Shown in pieces: positions 36,664 to 47,128 of a stretch of 64,000 nucleotides of DNA. Numbering within the stretch: the stretch's first letter is position 1; each line of letters opens with the position of its first letter. The notes under the pieces were generated by a model that was given only the letters and a program-made list of their open reading frames with translations, had not been told where the DNA came from and made no database searches. The stretch covers positions 2,592,001 to 2,656,000 of the forward strand of contig OZ243972.1 of NCBI GenBank assembly GCA_965214705.1. Direction: 5' to 3'. The translations under genes were made by a program, and so were the position numbers. The stretch comes from Alphaproteobacteria bacterium (GTDB taxonomy: Bacteria > Pseudomonadota > Alphaproteobacteria > UBA828).

Positions 36664-37376
36664 CGCATTTCTCCTCCTGCCGCACAATGGCTGTCGGGAA
36701 ATCCCAGTGAAAGCACACGCGAATCATAGCGGCCTCGGGGTTTCCATCCGTCGGTCCCTGATGCGAATCGACTTCCCCGCCCGACAAGTAGTCCATCGTG
36801 TCTCCGGTGACGGAGGCAACAACGCAATTGCCGACGGCGATAGCCTGTTTGGCTTCAATGTTGAAATCATCGTGCATCGCGACGCTGGCCTCGGCGCGCC
36901 TCGTGACCGGGTACGACAAGCTTCGCTAGCACGTTCACGACCCTCTCAAGATGGGATTCGGAGGGGCAGCAAGCGAAGTCGAGCTCTGCGCTCTTCATCG
37001 CCCCTTTTTACGCCGTTAGGGTCTATCAGATCTTTCATGATGCTGTGGACGATACAAATAATCCCTCACTGTTGGCGAAGAGCCGCCCAGGCCGACGGCC
37101 TCGGCGCGGGACTTTATTTCCCCGACGATGTCGAATAGACGCTGGGTTAGAGCGAGAATTCGCGTCGCACGAACTGATTGCCCAGCTTCTCCTCGGGAAT
37201 TTTATCGGTCTCGATGCCGACGCCTAGGGCCAAGGCATCGTGCGGTTAGCACATTGAGCAAAATGGGTTACGCTCGTTTCCTCGGTCACGATGGTTTGTC
37301 CCTCGCTCTTAGCGTCTGCGATGGAGGCGGGCCCCCTTAGACCGGTGCCCGCCCCCCTCGCGCGTGCTACGCCTTC

Positions 37377-38150
37377 CTACCAGTAGGCAGCCGGATCTTT
37401 GACCGCCCGTTCGGGCCGCAACTGAGACGGCGTGACGGCGTCTGCGTCCTCGAGTCCTTTGATCACATTGTCCGACGTCGTCCACCAGCCAAATATCCCC
37501 GCCTGAATCGGTAGCTGATCGACCATGCTTTGATGTATCTTTTCATCTGCTGAGGCGCAGGCATCCGTGATCATGCAACAGCCGAAGCCCATGTCATTTC
37601 CGTCCCGCATCGTGGTGGTAACGCAAACATCAGTCGTAATTCCGGTGATTAGCAGCATCTCTCGCCCTTGCGATCTGAGAATCAGCTCGAGATCGGTGTA
37701 GCGAAAGCTGCTCTTGGTGGATTTCTCAATGATGGGCTCACCTTCCAAGACAGCTAGTTCGTCGATTATTTGCCAGCCGAGGTCGCCCCGGATGCACATG
37801 CGGCCCAAATGAGCGGGTTCGCCAAAAACGGCAGCCCCTTCCACACCTGCATCGCGCGCCGCCTTGAAGCGTCCGATATCAGAGGGAGGCTCATCGGAGA
37901 GGTCTGCTCGCTTCCCATAGCGGGTCCAAATCACGAGGATTTCAGTTCCACGAACGGTTTCCAGCAGCCGACGGATGGGCTCAATCGGACTACGTAGCGG
38001 CTCGACGCTGTAGCCCATTTGTTCAAGATAGCCCCCTTGAATGAGGAACTCCTTCTGCATGTCTATCACCAGTAGAGCAGTGCGGTCCGGCTGGACAGGA
38101 AAGCTCACTGGTCCTGCGGGAATGTCTATCGTTTGCGCGGTCATGATCAT
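37377..38150 (-). CDS. isochorismatase-family cysteine hydrolase, biuret hydrolase (BiuH)-like
   Basis: IDMQ..GGY..MGY, K-x-x-K, TDLELIL, GITTDVCV, IQAGIFG; D-K-C triad. Confidence 0.82.
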   Translation of the reverse strand: MIMTAQTIDIPAGPVSFPVQPDRTALLVIDMQKEFLIQGGYLEQMGYSVEPLRSPIEPIRRLLETVRGTEILVIWTRYGKRADLSDEPPSDIGRFKAARDAGVEGAAVFGEPAHLGRMCIRGDLGWQIIDELAVLEGEPIIEKSTKSSFRYTDLELILRSQGREMLLITGITTDVCVTTTMRDGNDMGFGCCMITDACASADEKIHQSMVDQLPIQAGIFGWWTTSDNVIKGLEDADAVTPSQLRPERAVKDPAAYW

Positions 38151-38255
38151 CAACCTCCTTCTGAGTTTTCTGCACTGATGTACTGCAACACCCTCTCAAG
38201 ATAGCTCCTTCTTGGGAGTCCTAGCTCTAAACCAATACCGTTACGCATGCCCCAT

Positions 38256-39320
38256 TCATGCCTCAGGACTCAACTTCTCGCGTCTGCTGATGCGGCCCCA
38301 AGTTAGCTTGGCTCCCGACAAACGCCTTGCCCAAACGTCAAGAGCTAGCGCCAAGATCAGCACAGACCCCTTCGAGATGTTTTGGAAGAACGGGTCAAGG
38401 CCGAGGAGCGTGAAACCATTCGACAGCGTCGCCAGAATTGCCAATCCGACGGCCGTACGCCAAATGGCGCCGATCCCTCCCGCAAGAGAGGTGCCGCCGA
38501 GCACGACGATCGCGATAACGTCGAACACGATGGTCGGTTCCATGCTGGCCTGTGCGGAACTGAGTTGCGAGCCTGCCAGCATCCCAGCGACGCCCATGCA
38601 CAGACCGGAAATGACATATGTGCTTCCCGTCAGAACCCGCACGCGCAGACCGCTTAATCGACTCGTCTCGGGATTGCCTCCGATCGCGTACAGGTATTTT
38701 CCATAAACTGTCTTCGCGAGGACGATCCCGCCCACAATAAGGAAGGCGAGGAGGAACATTCCTTTGTATGTGAAGCCATGCCAACTTCCGGAACCGAGCG
38801 CGTCGAAGCTCGGATCCTCGACGAGGATGTATGTGTGCGGCGTCGCGAAGAGATTGATGCCGAAGAATATAAAGCCGGTCCCGACTGTCGCGATAAAGGG
38901 ATTGATCCGGAAACCGGAAACGAGGAGAGCATTGACCAGTCCTACCCCGAGGCCCGCGCCGATCGCTGCAAGAAACGCAACGGCGGGCGAATAATCCAAA
39001 CTGCCGACCAGCGCAGCAATGATAGCGCAAAGAGAGAAACCGGACGCGATCGACAGATCGAATCCCCGCACGATGACGACATAGGTCATGCCGACGGCCA
39101 TGATGCCTGCGGGTGCCCACTGCCCAAGCATATTGAAGATGTTAGACTTGCTCAGGAAAGCTGGATCCCCAATCGCCACTAGGGCAACAAGGATCACGAG
39201 GGAAACTCCGATCCCGTAGGTGCGGAGCACCTCGCCGCCCTGGCGCAGAATAGCGGCACGCAACGCCCACAAGGGACCCGAACGACTGGCCTCTAACTCA
39301 ACCAGCTTCGTCTGGCTCAT
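38256..39320 (-). CDS. RbsC-type ABC permease
   Basis: GFDLSI, NPFIAT, AIGGNPE..RLSG, VLGGTSL. Confidence 0.9.
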   Translation of the reverse strand: MSQTKLVELEASRSGPLWALRAAILRQGGEVLRTYGIGVSLVILVALVAIGDPAFLSKSNIFNMLGQWAPAGIMAVGMTYVVIVRGFDLSIASGFSLCAIIAALVGSLDYSPAVAFLAAIGAGLGVGLVNALLVSGFRINPFIATVGTGFIFFGINLFATPHTYILVEDPSFDALGSGSWHGFTYKGMFLLAFLIVGGIVLAKTVYGKYLYAIGGNPETSRLSGLRVRVLTGSTYVISGLCMGVAGMLAGSQLSSAQASMEPTIVFDVIAIVVLGGTSLAGGIGAIWRTAVGLAILATLSNGFTLLGLDPFFQNISKGSVLILALALDVWARRLSGAKLTWGRISRREKLSPEA

Positions 39321-39402
39321 ATCACCCTTTGCCACCCACCATACCCAACCACGTTACCGTCGAACTCCAACCAATTGCATGCACTAAGGCGACTTCCGCC
39401 TG

Positions 39403-40431
39403 TCACTGCCGCGCGAAATACTTCGCACGGCGTGCTTTCAGCTCTGCCTTTGCCGCCAGCCGCCGAGTGAACACATCCAAACCCAATGCGCCCACGATAA
39501 TGCATCCCTTCACGATGTACTTGTAGAACGGCTCCACCCCCATAAGGTTAAGACCGTTCTCCAGTGTTGCGAGGATGGCCAGCCCCAATGCGGTGCGCCA
39601 CATGGCGCCGAAGCCACCCGACAGGGATGTGCCCCCCACGACCACGGCGACGATTACGTCGAACACAAGAGCAGGATCTAGGTCGGCCGCCGAATAGCTG
39701 AGCTGGGAGGTCGCGACCACCGCTGCCGCGCCCATGCAAAGGCCGGAAAATACATAGGTACTTCCGGTTACGAGTCGCACCCGGATGCCGAAGAGTCGAC
39801 TGGCCTCGGGATTCCCGCCAACCGCGTAGATTGTTCGTCCGTAGGGTGTCTTGCCGAGAGCGATTCCGCCGAGCACAAGAAAACCTATAAGCAGCACCCC
39901 GGTAAACGGAAAACCACCCCATGAGCCAGTCCCAAAGTCGTCGTAGGCGGGATCCTCCACCAGGATAAAGGGATTGCCGATTGTCACATGGGGCAATCCG
40001 GCGAGCACAAACCCCGTTCCGAGCGTGGCAATAAAAGGATTGATGTTCAAGCCGGCGATCAGAAACGCGTTCAACAGACCGACCGACACGCCCACGCCGA
40101 TCGCCGCCAGGAAAGCCAGCTCGGGCGTCGCGCCCGCCTTTGCCAGCGCTGCCGCCACGACCGCGCAAAGCGCGAATCCGGATGCCACCGAAAGGTCGAA
40201 ACCCCGAGTTAGAATGACGTAGGTCATGCCCACGGCCATGATGCCGACAGGCGCCCATTGATCGAGCAAATTGAAAATATTTTGTTTGCCGAGGAACGCG
40301 GGACTCGCGGAAGCGACAATGGCCAAGAGAACTAGAAAAGCCACGACGACGCCATAGGTGCGAAGAATCGCGGTCCATTCGACTGTGAAGGGCCGACCAG
40401 GCACGTCCTTCTGCTTGGCGGTGTCGCTCAC
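39403..40431 (-). CDS. RbsC-type ABC permease
   Basis: GFDLSV, NPFIATLG, AVGGNPEASRL, VGGTSL. Confidence 0.9.
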   Translation of the reverse strand: MSDTAKQKDVPGRPFTVEWTAILRTYGVVVAFLVLLAIVASASPAFLGKQNIFNLLDQWAPVGIMAVGMTYVILTRGFDLSVASGFALCAVVAAALAKAGATPELAFLAAIGVGVSVGLLNAFLIAGLNINPFIATLGTGFVLAGLPHVTIGNPFILVEDPAYDDFGTGSWGGFPFTGVLLIGFLVLGGIALGKTPYGRTIYAVGGNPEASRLFGIRVRLVTGSTYVFSGLCMGAAAVVATSQLSYSAADLDPALVFDVIVAVVVGGTSLSGGFGAMWRTALGLAILATLENGLNLMGVEPFYKYIVKGCIIVGALGLDVFTRRLAAKAELKARRAKYFARQ

Positions 40432-41990
40432 AGCGATGCTCGGACGCTGAACAGAAGATCAAGAATACGTTCGACCGATGCTTCGCTGCGGTCGAGAATG
40501 TGAAGCGATTGGCCTGCACCAATGACCATTGTTCGATCGGTGAGGTTGACGACCTCCTCCAGTTCGGACGAGACAAATATTACAGCCATGCCGCGGCTCG
40601 CGAGCCGCGTGACGACACTGAACATCTCGGCTTTTGCGCCGACATCGATACCGCGCGTGGGCTCATCGAGAAGCAGAACTTTGGGCTCGCGATAGAGCCA
40701 TTTTCCGACCACGAGCTTCTGTTGATTTCCGCCGGATAATGTCTCGGCCGGTGCCCTGAGTCGGCCAACATCAAACGCAAGGTCTGACATAATGTCTTCC
40801 GCATGGCGGAGTTGCTTTCGCTCGCTTACTAGGCCATAGGTCGTGGTGGTTCGTAGCTTGGAAAGCGTGACATTTTCGGCACCTCCCAAACCTAAGACCA
40901 ATCCCTGCTCCTTGCGGTCTTCTGGCGCAAGCGCAATACCATATTCCAGCGATCTTGCGACCGTCGTTGGCCAGGGTCGCTCGTGGCCATCAAGGTAGAG
41001 ATGCCCCCGCGCCTCCGAGTCTGCACCCGCCAGAGCGCGCAGAATCTCGCTGCGGCCCGAGCCTATCAGACCGGCAATACCGAGGATTTCCCCACTCCGC
41101 ACGCTGAATGACAGTCCTTCAATTATACCCGGAATTCGCAGGTCCTCGACGCGAAGCACCTCCTCGCCCGCCTCGCCGTGTCGCTTCACGGACTGCTTGA
41201 GTTCTGCGTCGCCGAGCATGGCGGCGACGGCATCCTCCTTGCTCCATTGAGAGACCGGCCTTGTCACAACTAACTGACCATCGCGCATGACCGATACACG
41301 ATCGCACAGGGAAAGGACTTCATCCAAATCGTGCGAGATGAATATTATGCACAGGCCCTGTTCCCTCAGGCCTCGAATGATCTCGTACAGCTTTTGCCTT
41401 TCGCGGGCTCCCAGCGACGCTGTAGGCTCATCCATGATCAGAATGCGGTGGTCTGCCTCGAGCGCACGCATGATCTCGATCAGTTGCTGATTGGCCACCG
41501 ACAACGAGCCCGCGCGACGCTGCGGGTCAATCGAAGCGCCGAGGTTTCCCGCCAATTCCCTGAAACGTTTCCGGCAAGCCCGTTCGGAGATGAATGGGCC
41601 CCACCTCTTCGGCCCTCCCAGGAACACATTCGCGGCTGCCGAGAGCTCGGGTACGATGAGCCGCTCCTGATAGATGACGGCAACCCCCGCCCTCTGTTGA
41701 GCGCGGGGGTCGGCGTGGGCGAGCCGCCGCTTCATGACTTCGATCTCGCCGCTGTCCGGAGCGTACACTCCGGCTATATGCTTAATGAGTGTCGACTTGC
41801 CCGCGCCATTCTCTCCGACCAGTCCGTGGACCTCGCCATGCGCGATGTCGAGATCCACGGAGTCGAGCGCCAAGACGCCCGGAAAGGTTTTGGTCAGGCC
41901 TCGAACGCGGACGGCGACAACGTTGCCCGCCGTTGCCTCGCTCTCGACTAATTTTTCTTCGGCCACTGCGCTTCCCCCATGTGACCTCAC
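40428..41990 (-). CDS. RbsA-type tandem ABC ATPase
   Basis: GENGAGKST, MDEPTAS, PEDRK, LSGGNQQK, DEPTRGIDVGAK. Start uncertain. Confidence 0.92.
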   Translation of the reverse strand: MRSHGGSAVAEEKLVESEATAGNVVAVRVRGLTKTFPGVLALDSVDLDIAHGEVHGLVGENGAGKSTLIKHIAGVYAPDSGEIEVMKRRLAHADPRAQQRAGVAVIYQERLIVPELSAAANVFLGGPKRWGPFISERACRKRFRELAGNLGASIDPQRRAGSLSVANQQLIEIMRALEADHRILIMDEPTASLGARERQKLYEIIRGLREQGLCIIFISHDLDEVLSLCDRVSVMRDGQLVVTRPVSQWSKEDAVAAMLGDAELKQSVKRHGEAGEEVLRVEDLRIPGIIEGLSFSVRSGEILGIAGLIGSGRSEILRALAGADSEARGHLYLDGHERPWPTTVARSLEYGIALAPEDRKEQGLVLGLGGAENVTLSKLRTTTTYGLVSERKQLRHAEDIMSDLAFDVGRLRAPAETLSGGNQQKLVVGKWLYREPKVLLLDEPTRGIDVGAKAEMFSVVTRLASRGMAVIFVSSELEEVVNLTDRTMVIGAGQSLHILDRSEASVERILDLLFSVRASL

Positions 41991-42049
41991 GGGAGTGAAT
42001 ACGTCGAGCAGTTGCTCATTTGCTTCGAGCAGCAGCCTATGTCACCAGA

Positions 42050-43195
42050 TCACCAGTTCGCTTCGTATTTGTCGATGTTCTGTTTCGTAATCAAGATGCT
42101 CCCTGTTCCCCTGGTGATACGGGGGAGGTGCGCCTCGTTTATATAGCCGTTGGGGGGGTCACCCTCGAGCGCCATGACCAAGGCGACAGCGGCATAGTAG
42201 GATTCGTTGTAGGGATCCTCAACCGTGCTTTCGTTGAATTCCCCCTCGAGGATTTTCTTCACGCCGCGGCCGTTTGCGCCGGCATTGAAGATCAGAACGT
42301 CTACGCCCGGCTTGAGGCCTGCCTTCTTGATTGCCGCCAACGCGCCCAAGGACATGTCGTCGTCGTGCGAGACGATGACATCCAGATCGGGATGAGCTTG
42401 GAGCGCATCTTGAGTCAGTTGCATGGCAATACGCGGATCGAACTTCGCTTCCTGACGTGACACCATCTCGATATTGAGGTGCGGATACTTCGCCATGGCG
42501 TTATCGATTGCCTTATCCCACCGCGTAAAGAGGTCGGATCCGGCAAATCCACCGAGCGAAACCGCCTTGCACACGTCATCGCCCTCGCACGCGGCAAGGA
42601 GCGCATTCTCCCAATGGAAGTCATAGTACGGCTGGCGTTGAATGGTGACGGTTGCCGCCACCCCGGGCGTGTAGTCGATGTCGCCGCACATCGTCAGGTC
42701 GAGAGTGACGACGGGCTTGCCCGTCGGGACGAGATAGTCCTTCCACATTTTGCATCCGGCCGCATCGGCGGTCGGCGCAAACAGATAGCCGTCAAACCCC
42801 TCCTGGACGGCGTTCTGCACGTGCTTCAGCTGCGCCTGCGGGTTGAAGTTCGGATCGAAGGTCTTGAAGGTGAACCCATACTTCTCCGAGGCGTCCGTCA
42901 GACCCCGCAAACGAGCCTCGCAATAGAGATTAGTGACGCACTCGGTCAGATAGGCGATCCGATACTCCTTGCTTGCTGTCTGCCCGGATTCGTCAAACGC
43001 GATAACCTTCTTTACAGCTTCAGGTTCCTCCCCAGACTTCGCCGCATCGCGCGGATCTCCTCGCAGCGGCGCGTAGGGATCCTTTCCATCCTCGGATTGT
43101 ACCGGGCCTGCCACGATCGCCAAGCCGAACGCGACTACAGCCGCACCTAGGACGCTGACGCACAGCGTCGACGTGTCCTTGCTTTTCCATTTCAT
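42050..43195 (-). CDS. RbsB-type periplasmic binding protein
   Basis: Signal peptide, periplasmic binding fold motifs (DDDMSLGA), head of the ABC operon. Confidence 0.85.
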   Translation of the reverse strand: MKWKSKDTSTLCVSVLGAAVVAFGLAIVAGPVQSEDGKDPYAPLRGDPRDAAKSGEEPEAVKKVIAFDESGQTASKEYRIAYLTECVTNLYCEARLRGLTDASEKYGFTFKTFDPNFNPQAQLKHVQNAVQEGFDGYLFAPTADAAGCKMWKDYLVPTGKPVVTLDLTMCGDIDYTPGVAATVTIQRQPYYDFHWENALLAACEGDDVCKAVSLGGFAGSDLFTRWDKAIDNAMAKYPHLNIEMVSRQEAKFDPRIAMQLTQDALQAHPDLDVIVSHDDDMSLGALAAIKKAGLKPGVDVLIFNAGANGRGVKKILEGEFNESTVEDPYNESYYAAVALVMALEGDPPNGYINEAHLPRITRGTGSILITKQNIDKYEANW

Positions 43196-43804
43196 GGCTT
43201 CGTCTCCCTTTCGGTTGAAATCTGCCTCGCCTCCGTTGGCGCGGCTCTCCGCGCCATTTTTATTCAAACACCGCAAGTGCGGAGATACTGGTGCTGTTCA
43301 ACATATCCTCCGGAGCGGGACACTCCGAAGGCACACCATACGTAGGATTATTACAGGTATACATGCGCCAGACCTTCTTTCGCGAGTCGCTGAATGTTAG
43401 ATCGTGCCCTTCGGATGTTCTCCAGGAGATATCTTTCCGCTTCCGCTGTTCGTCCTTCCTTTAGAGCCAAAACGACGCGCTGGTGCTCTGCTTTCGTCGC
43501 ACTGAATCTGCGTTTATCATCGAAGTCAATACGACGAATTATATGAATGCGTTCATTGACATGCTGCAGATAGCTGAGAAGGGCATGATTGCCTGACAAT
43601 TTCGCAATAGTTAGGTGAAATTTCTCGTCGCTAATCAATGCTTGCTCGGGATCACCGTTTTCCGGAAACTCATCCCAAACCTCGTGAAGGCGCTCCAGCT
43701 TGTCCGGTGACAGCGATTGAGCAAGCGTAACAATCGCTAGCCCCTCAAGCGCCTCCCGGATGTCCCATAGCTCGTCCATCTCTCGTAAGAGGGGCAAATC
43801 CTGG

Positions 43805-44475
43805 GAGCGCCAGGCTAACTCTGTCGTGGATAGCCGGTGAAAGTCCGGTGAAGGGAAGGACTAACGAACCACCCTTGCCTTGAGCCGTGCGTCGGCCTTC
43901 GCGAGGAGGCAGGCGAAGCGTCGGTAGAGGTGCGCGTGGGCAGGACATTGAGCACCGAAAATGCCGTCATTCGGAGTGCCGAGGCCATCCAGAAGGTCGA
44001 AGGCAACACCGGCCGCCCGCTTTCGTGAGGGCCGGCAGGGCTCCGCGGTGTCCAAGACCCCAGGCACGCGCGTACGTCCACACAGGGGACCTGGGAGGCC
44101 TCTTCATCACCCGTGCCTCAGAGTGCGGGTCGTGACGGGAAGGGTGGATGCCCATAGCCGTCGATGTACGATGGGGAGGAATCTGACTCGGTCGTAGTAC
44201 CGTTGAAACGGGGGAACAAAGGGGCGTGACAACCTTGGCGGACTTCGTGGAGGAAAGGACCGGGGCCAACGGGAGATCGGGGACCTGAAGCATGTGCCGG
44301 GCACAGAACCGGGTAAGCATGTCACAGGAGGGTCTCCGAACACGCCGCCGTGCGAGACGTCGCAAGAGCGACGAGAGTGCGCCGGACGTCTGACCGGAGG
44401 CAGGAGCCGGATGCCTTAGCGGGCACGTCCGGATCTGCGCGGGGGGCGCTGGGTAACCAGCGTCCCTACCGCGAA
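43805..44475 (+). ncRNA. ORF-less group II intron C (about 670 nt, DI-DVI)
   Basis: 5' GAGCG; DI homologous to intron A; DIII GTACCGTTGAA..GGAGGAAAGG; DV GAGCCGGATGCCTTAGCGGGCACGTCCGGATCT; DVI ending CCCTACCGCGAA. Confidence 0.85.
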
Positions 44476-44522
44476 GATGAAGCGGCGTGATTCCGGCTTT
44501 GAGGTCCGGTTTGGGCAGGACC

Positions 44523-46190
44523 TCAGATGGCCTGCGGAGCGAGCACTGGACCAGCGGTCGGTCGCTGGCGCGCGAGGTCGGGGAGCCAGGGGACACTTTC
44601 GGCACCTGGGATGCCCAGGCGGTCACCGAGGTAGTTCCAGAATGAGATGCCGTGGCGGGCACAGGTCTTCATGTGGGTGAGGAAGGCGTCGCGGCAGGCA
44701 CGGCCTTTATCCGAGCGGGTTCCGCCCGAGACCTTGCGGCGGACGACACAGACGCGAAGGTCGTTCTCGGTACCGTTGGTGTGGGCCGGCACGTCGGGAC
44801 GGTCGAGCACGGCGAGCAGCTTGTCGCGGTTGGCTAGGGTGCGCCCGATCTGCTCGTCGAGCAGGCGGTAGCCGGTGCCGGTCCGGAAGGTGCGCGCGAA
44901 GCTGCGCTCGACGACGGCGCGTCTGCGCGGACTTGGCTGGCGGCAATAGGCGCCAAGCAGCCGGTACGTCCGCCAGATGCCGCCGCGCACCTCATCGACG
45001 GCCGCACGGCTGGCGTCGCTCCAGACCGGCAACGTGCGATAGAGCCTCTCGGCATGGATCCAGCACAGGAACTGGTGCAGGCCGAGGTCGAACTGGCCGG
45101 CGTCGTCGCTCAGGATGGCGCTGTCCTCGCGCAGCAGGCCATGGGCGAACAGACAGCCGAGCCGGGCGCCCTCGGTGGCGAGGAGCCGGGCCCTGGGGGC
45201 GTCGATCCCGAGCCCGTCGAGGAACGCCATCCACAGGTCAGGCCCGTCAAACCGACCACCGGCATGCCCCCTCAACGCGTCAAGCGCCCGACGCGGCATG
45301 CTGTGGCTCTCCATGTGCCGGAACGCTTCATCGTTCAGCACGTACTCGTCGAGGGCGCCGCACATCGTGTCGAGGAAGCTCAGCCGGCTCTTCGACCCCG
45401 TCGTTCCGAACCAGCCGAAGCAATCGTTGCCGATCGAGATGCAATAGCCGTTGCGCCCTTGATGGCGCGCGCCAGTGTCGTCGACCGAGATCCAGGCCGC
45501 CCCTTCAAGACCCGCCTTCAGTATCTCCGCCGCCTCGCCGACGAACGGTTCCCTGTTCCCGGTCAGCAGGCGCCGCACCTGACGCTCCGAGATGTCGAGG
45601 CCGATCCCATCGAGCAGGGCAGTGATGCGCGGGATCGTGCTCTGGCCCTGGTGGTAGAGCATCAGCACGAAGCGATGCAGCTCAAGGTTGAAGCCGCCGA
45701 TCACGCCGTCGGGCAGCTCAGCGACGATGATGCGCCCATCCGGCGTCACCACGCGCTCGCGCTGAAAGACGACGTTGTGGACTTCGAGTTCCAGCAGTTG
45801 GGCGTGATAGTCCTGGTAATCTTTGTGGACCGAGCCCTCGGGCGCGTCCTCTACGCAGACGACCACGCGCTTCGCGTCCTTGCGGCCCTGCTTGGGGCCT
45901 CGCCGCTTCTTCGAGGCGCCCGAAGAGCGCCGGCCTCCCTCCAGGCCCTTGCCGCCCGAGCCCTTGCCGTCTCCGTCGCCCGCGCCCGGTTTGATATCCG
46001 GCTTGCCGGGCAACCTCTTGAGTTGGCGGATCTCGGCCTTGAGCATCTCGATTGTCTCGGTGTGCACTGCGACCGTCTCCTTGAGACGCTCGTTCTCGGC
46101 ACGCAACTCAAGGATCGTTTCCGCCTGCGCGGCGTTCGTCGCCCGCAGTTCCTCGATCAACCGAGCTTGGGTTTGAAGCGAATCGACCAT
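44523..46190 (-). CDS. IS66-like transposase
   Basis: Coiled-coil N-terminus, SVDDTG, SDDAGQF, CWIHAER, HTNGTENDLR, RKVSGGTRS. Confidence 0.9.
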   Translation of the reverse strand: MVDSLQTQARLIEELRATNAAQAETILELRAENERLKETVAVHTETIEMLKAEIRQLKRLPGKPDIKPGAGDGDGKGSGGKGLEGGRRSSGASKKRRGPKQGRKDAKRVVVCVEDAPEGSVHKDYQDYHAQLLELEVHNVVFQRERVVTPDGRIIVAELPDGVIGGFNLELHRFVLMLYHQGQSTIPRITALLDGIGLDISERQVRRLLTGNREPFVGEAAEILKAGLEGAAWISVDDTGARHQGRNGYCISIGNDCFGWFGTTGSKSRLSFLDTMCGALDEYVLNDEAFRHMESHSMPRRALDALRGHAGGRFDGPDLWMAFLDGLGIDAPRARLLATEGARLGCLFAHGLLREDSAILSDDAGQFDLGLHQFLCWIHAERLYRTLPVWSDASRAAVDEVRGGIWRTYRLLGAYCRQPSPRRRAVVERSFARTFRTGTGYRLLDEQIGRTLANRDKLLAVLDRPDVPAHTNGTENDLRVCVVRRKVSGGTRSDKGRACRDAFLTHMKTCARHGISFWNYLGDRLGIPGAESVPWLPDLARQRPTAGPVLAPQAI

Positions 46191-46437
46191 GGACCCTCCG
46201 CGCGCAGGCTGTCCGTAAAGCGCGCGAAGTCCAGCGAAAAATGCGCGCTCAACCCCCTGATCCGGATCGGCAACGCGGTCGCGTCACATGGCCGGGCCCA
46301 TGGCCGCTGCACCCGGAACTGGAAGCGCGATGGCCAGGAAACGCCGAAGGTGGCCCGATGCCTATCACCAAGGACTACCGTCAGCGCCGGGCGTAACAGG
46401 GACCCCCAAGCGACATCACACCAGCTGCGCGCGCTCA

Positions 46438-46726
46438 CCAGGTCCCCTGTGTGGACGTACGCGCGTGCCTGGGGTCTCGGACACCGCGGAGCCCCGCCGC
46501 CCTCACGAAAACGGGCGGCCGGTGTTGCCTTCGACCTTCTGGATGGCCTCGGCACTCCGAATGACGGCATTTTCGGTGCTCGATGTCCTGCCCACGCGCA
46601 CCTCTACCGACGCTTCGCCTGCCTCCTCGCGAAGGCCGACGCACGGCTCAAGGCAAGGATGGGGCGTCAGTCCTTCCCTTCACCGGACTTTCACCGGCTG
46701 TCCACGACAAAGTTAGGCTGGCGCTC
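46438..46726 (-). repeat. 5' (domain I) fragment of intron C, inverted
   Basis: About 12 differences (manual count) against 43805-44094; same EBS1 loop. Confidence 0.9.
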
Positions 46727-47001
46727 CCAGGATTTGCCCCTCTTACCATCTCTCGAAGATCGAATTTTCGGACGCAGTAGCCTCGACCATCCCTTGCTAC
46801 CAGGCCAGCATGTTCGAGTTTCTGCAGTGCCTCGCGCACGGGCGTGCGACTCACTGACAGGAGCTGGGCGAGACCAGTTTCAGTAAGCCGTTCACCGGGC
46901 TTCAGCTCAAATCTTAGAATACGGTCTCGAAGCAGATACGCCATTGCGTCGCTTCGTCTTCGGTGCCGCGGCGTTGCTACATTCACTGCTGTATCCCGAA
47001 A

Positions 47002-47009
47002 TGTATACA
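47002..47009. promoter_or_regulatory. possible GntR operator core
   Basis: Palindrome TGTATACA just upstream of gntR. Confidence 0.4.
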
Positions 47010-47128
47010 ATATGATATGGAACATTAGTCGCGCTCCGTCCCGCATGTCAAGGGACCACAATCGAACCGACCACCGATAGGCCAGCATGCTGCACGTCAA
47101 CGGGTGAGGTTTCATCCACCGCACATAC

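Larger units (their letters stand above)
43785..46746 (-). mobile_element. IS66-family element with group II intron sequence inside both termini
   Basis: Perfect 20-bp TIR GTAAGAGGGGCAAATCCTGG; 8-bp TSD CATCTCTC (43777-43784, 46747-46754); inverted homology runs about 310 bp. Confidence 0.92.
43351..46986 (-). pseudogene. GntR (FCD) regulator split by an IS66/intron hybrid
   Basis: HTH half ..PGERLTE..VSRTPVREAL..FDLREM joins DELWDIREALE..DEKFH..EH across the TSD. Start codon uncertain. Confidence 0.9.

Noticed and set aside
36690-37370. Intact gene between the hydrolase and the GGCT-fold gene
   Set aside because: Only short ORFs with stops in the frames read and no recognisable motif; probably a decayed gene that I cannot identify.
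43785-46746. IStron-like element that splices itself out of the gntR mRNA
   Set aside because: On the gntR strand only a domain I fragment exists; DV and DVI are on the opposite strand and enclose only about 670 nt, so the whole IS cannot be removed by cis-splicing.
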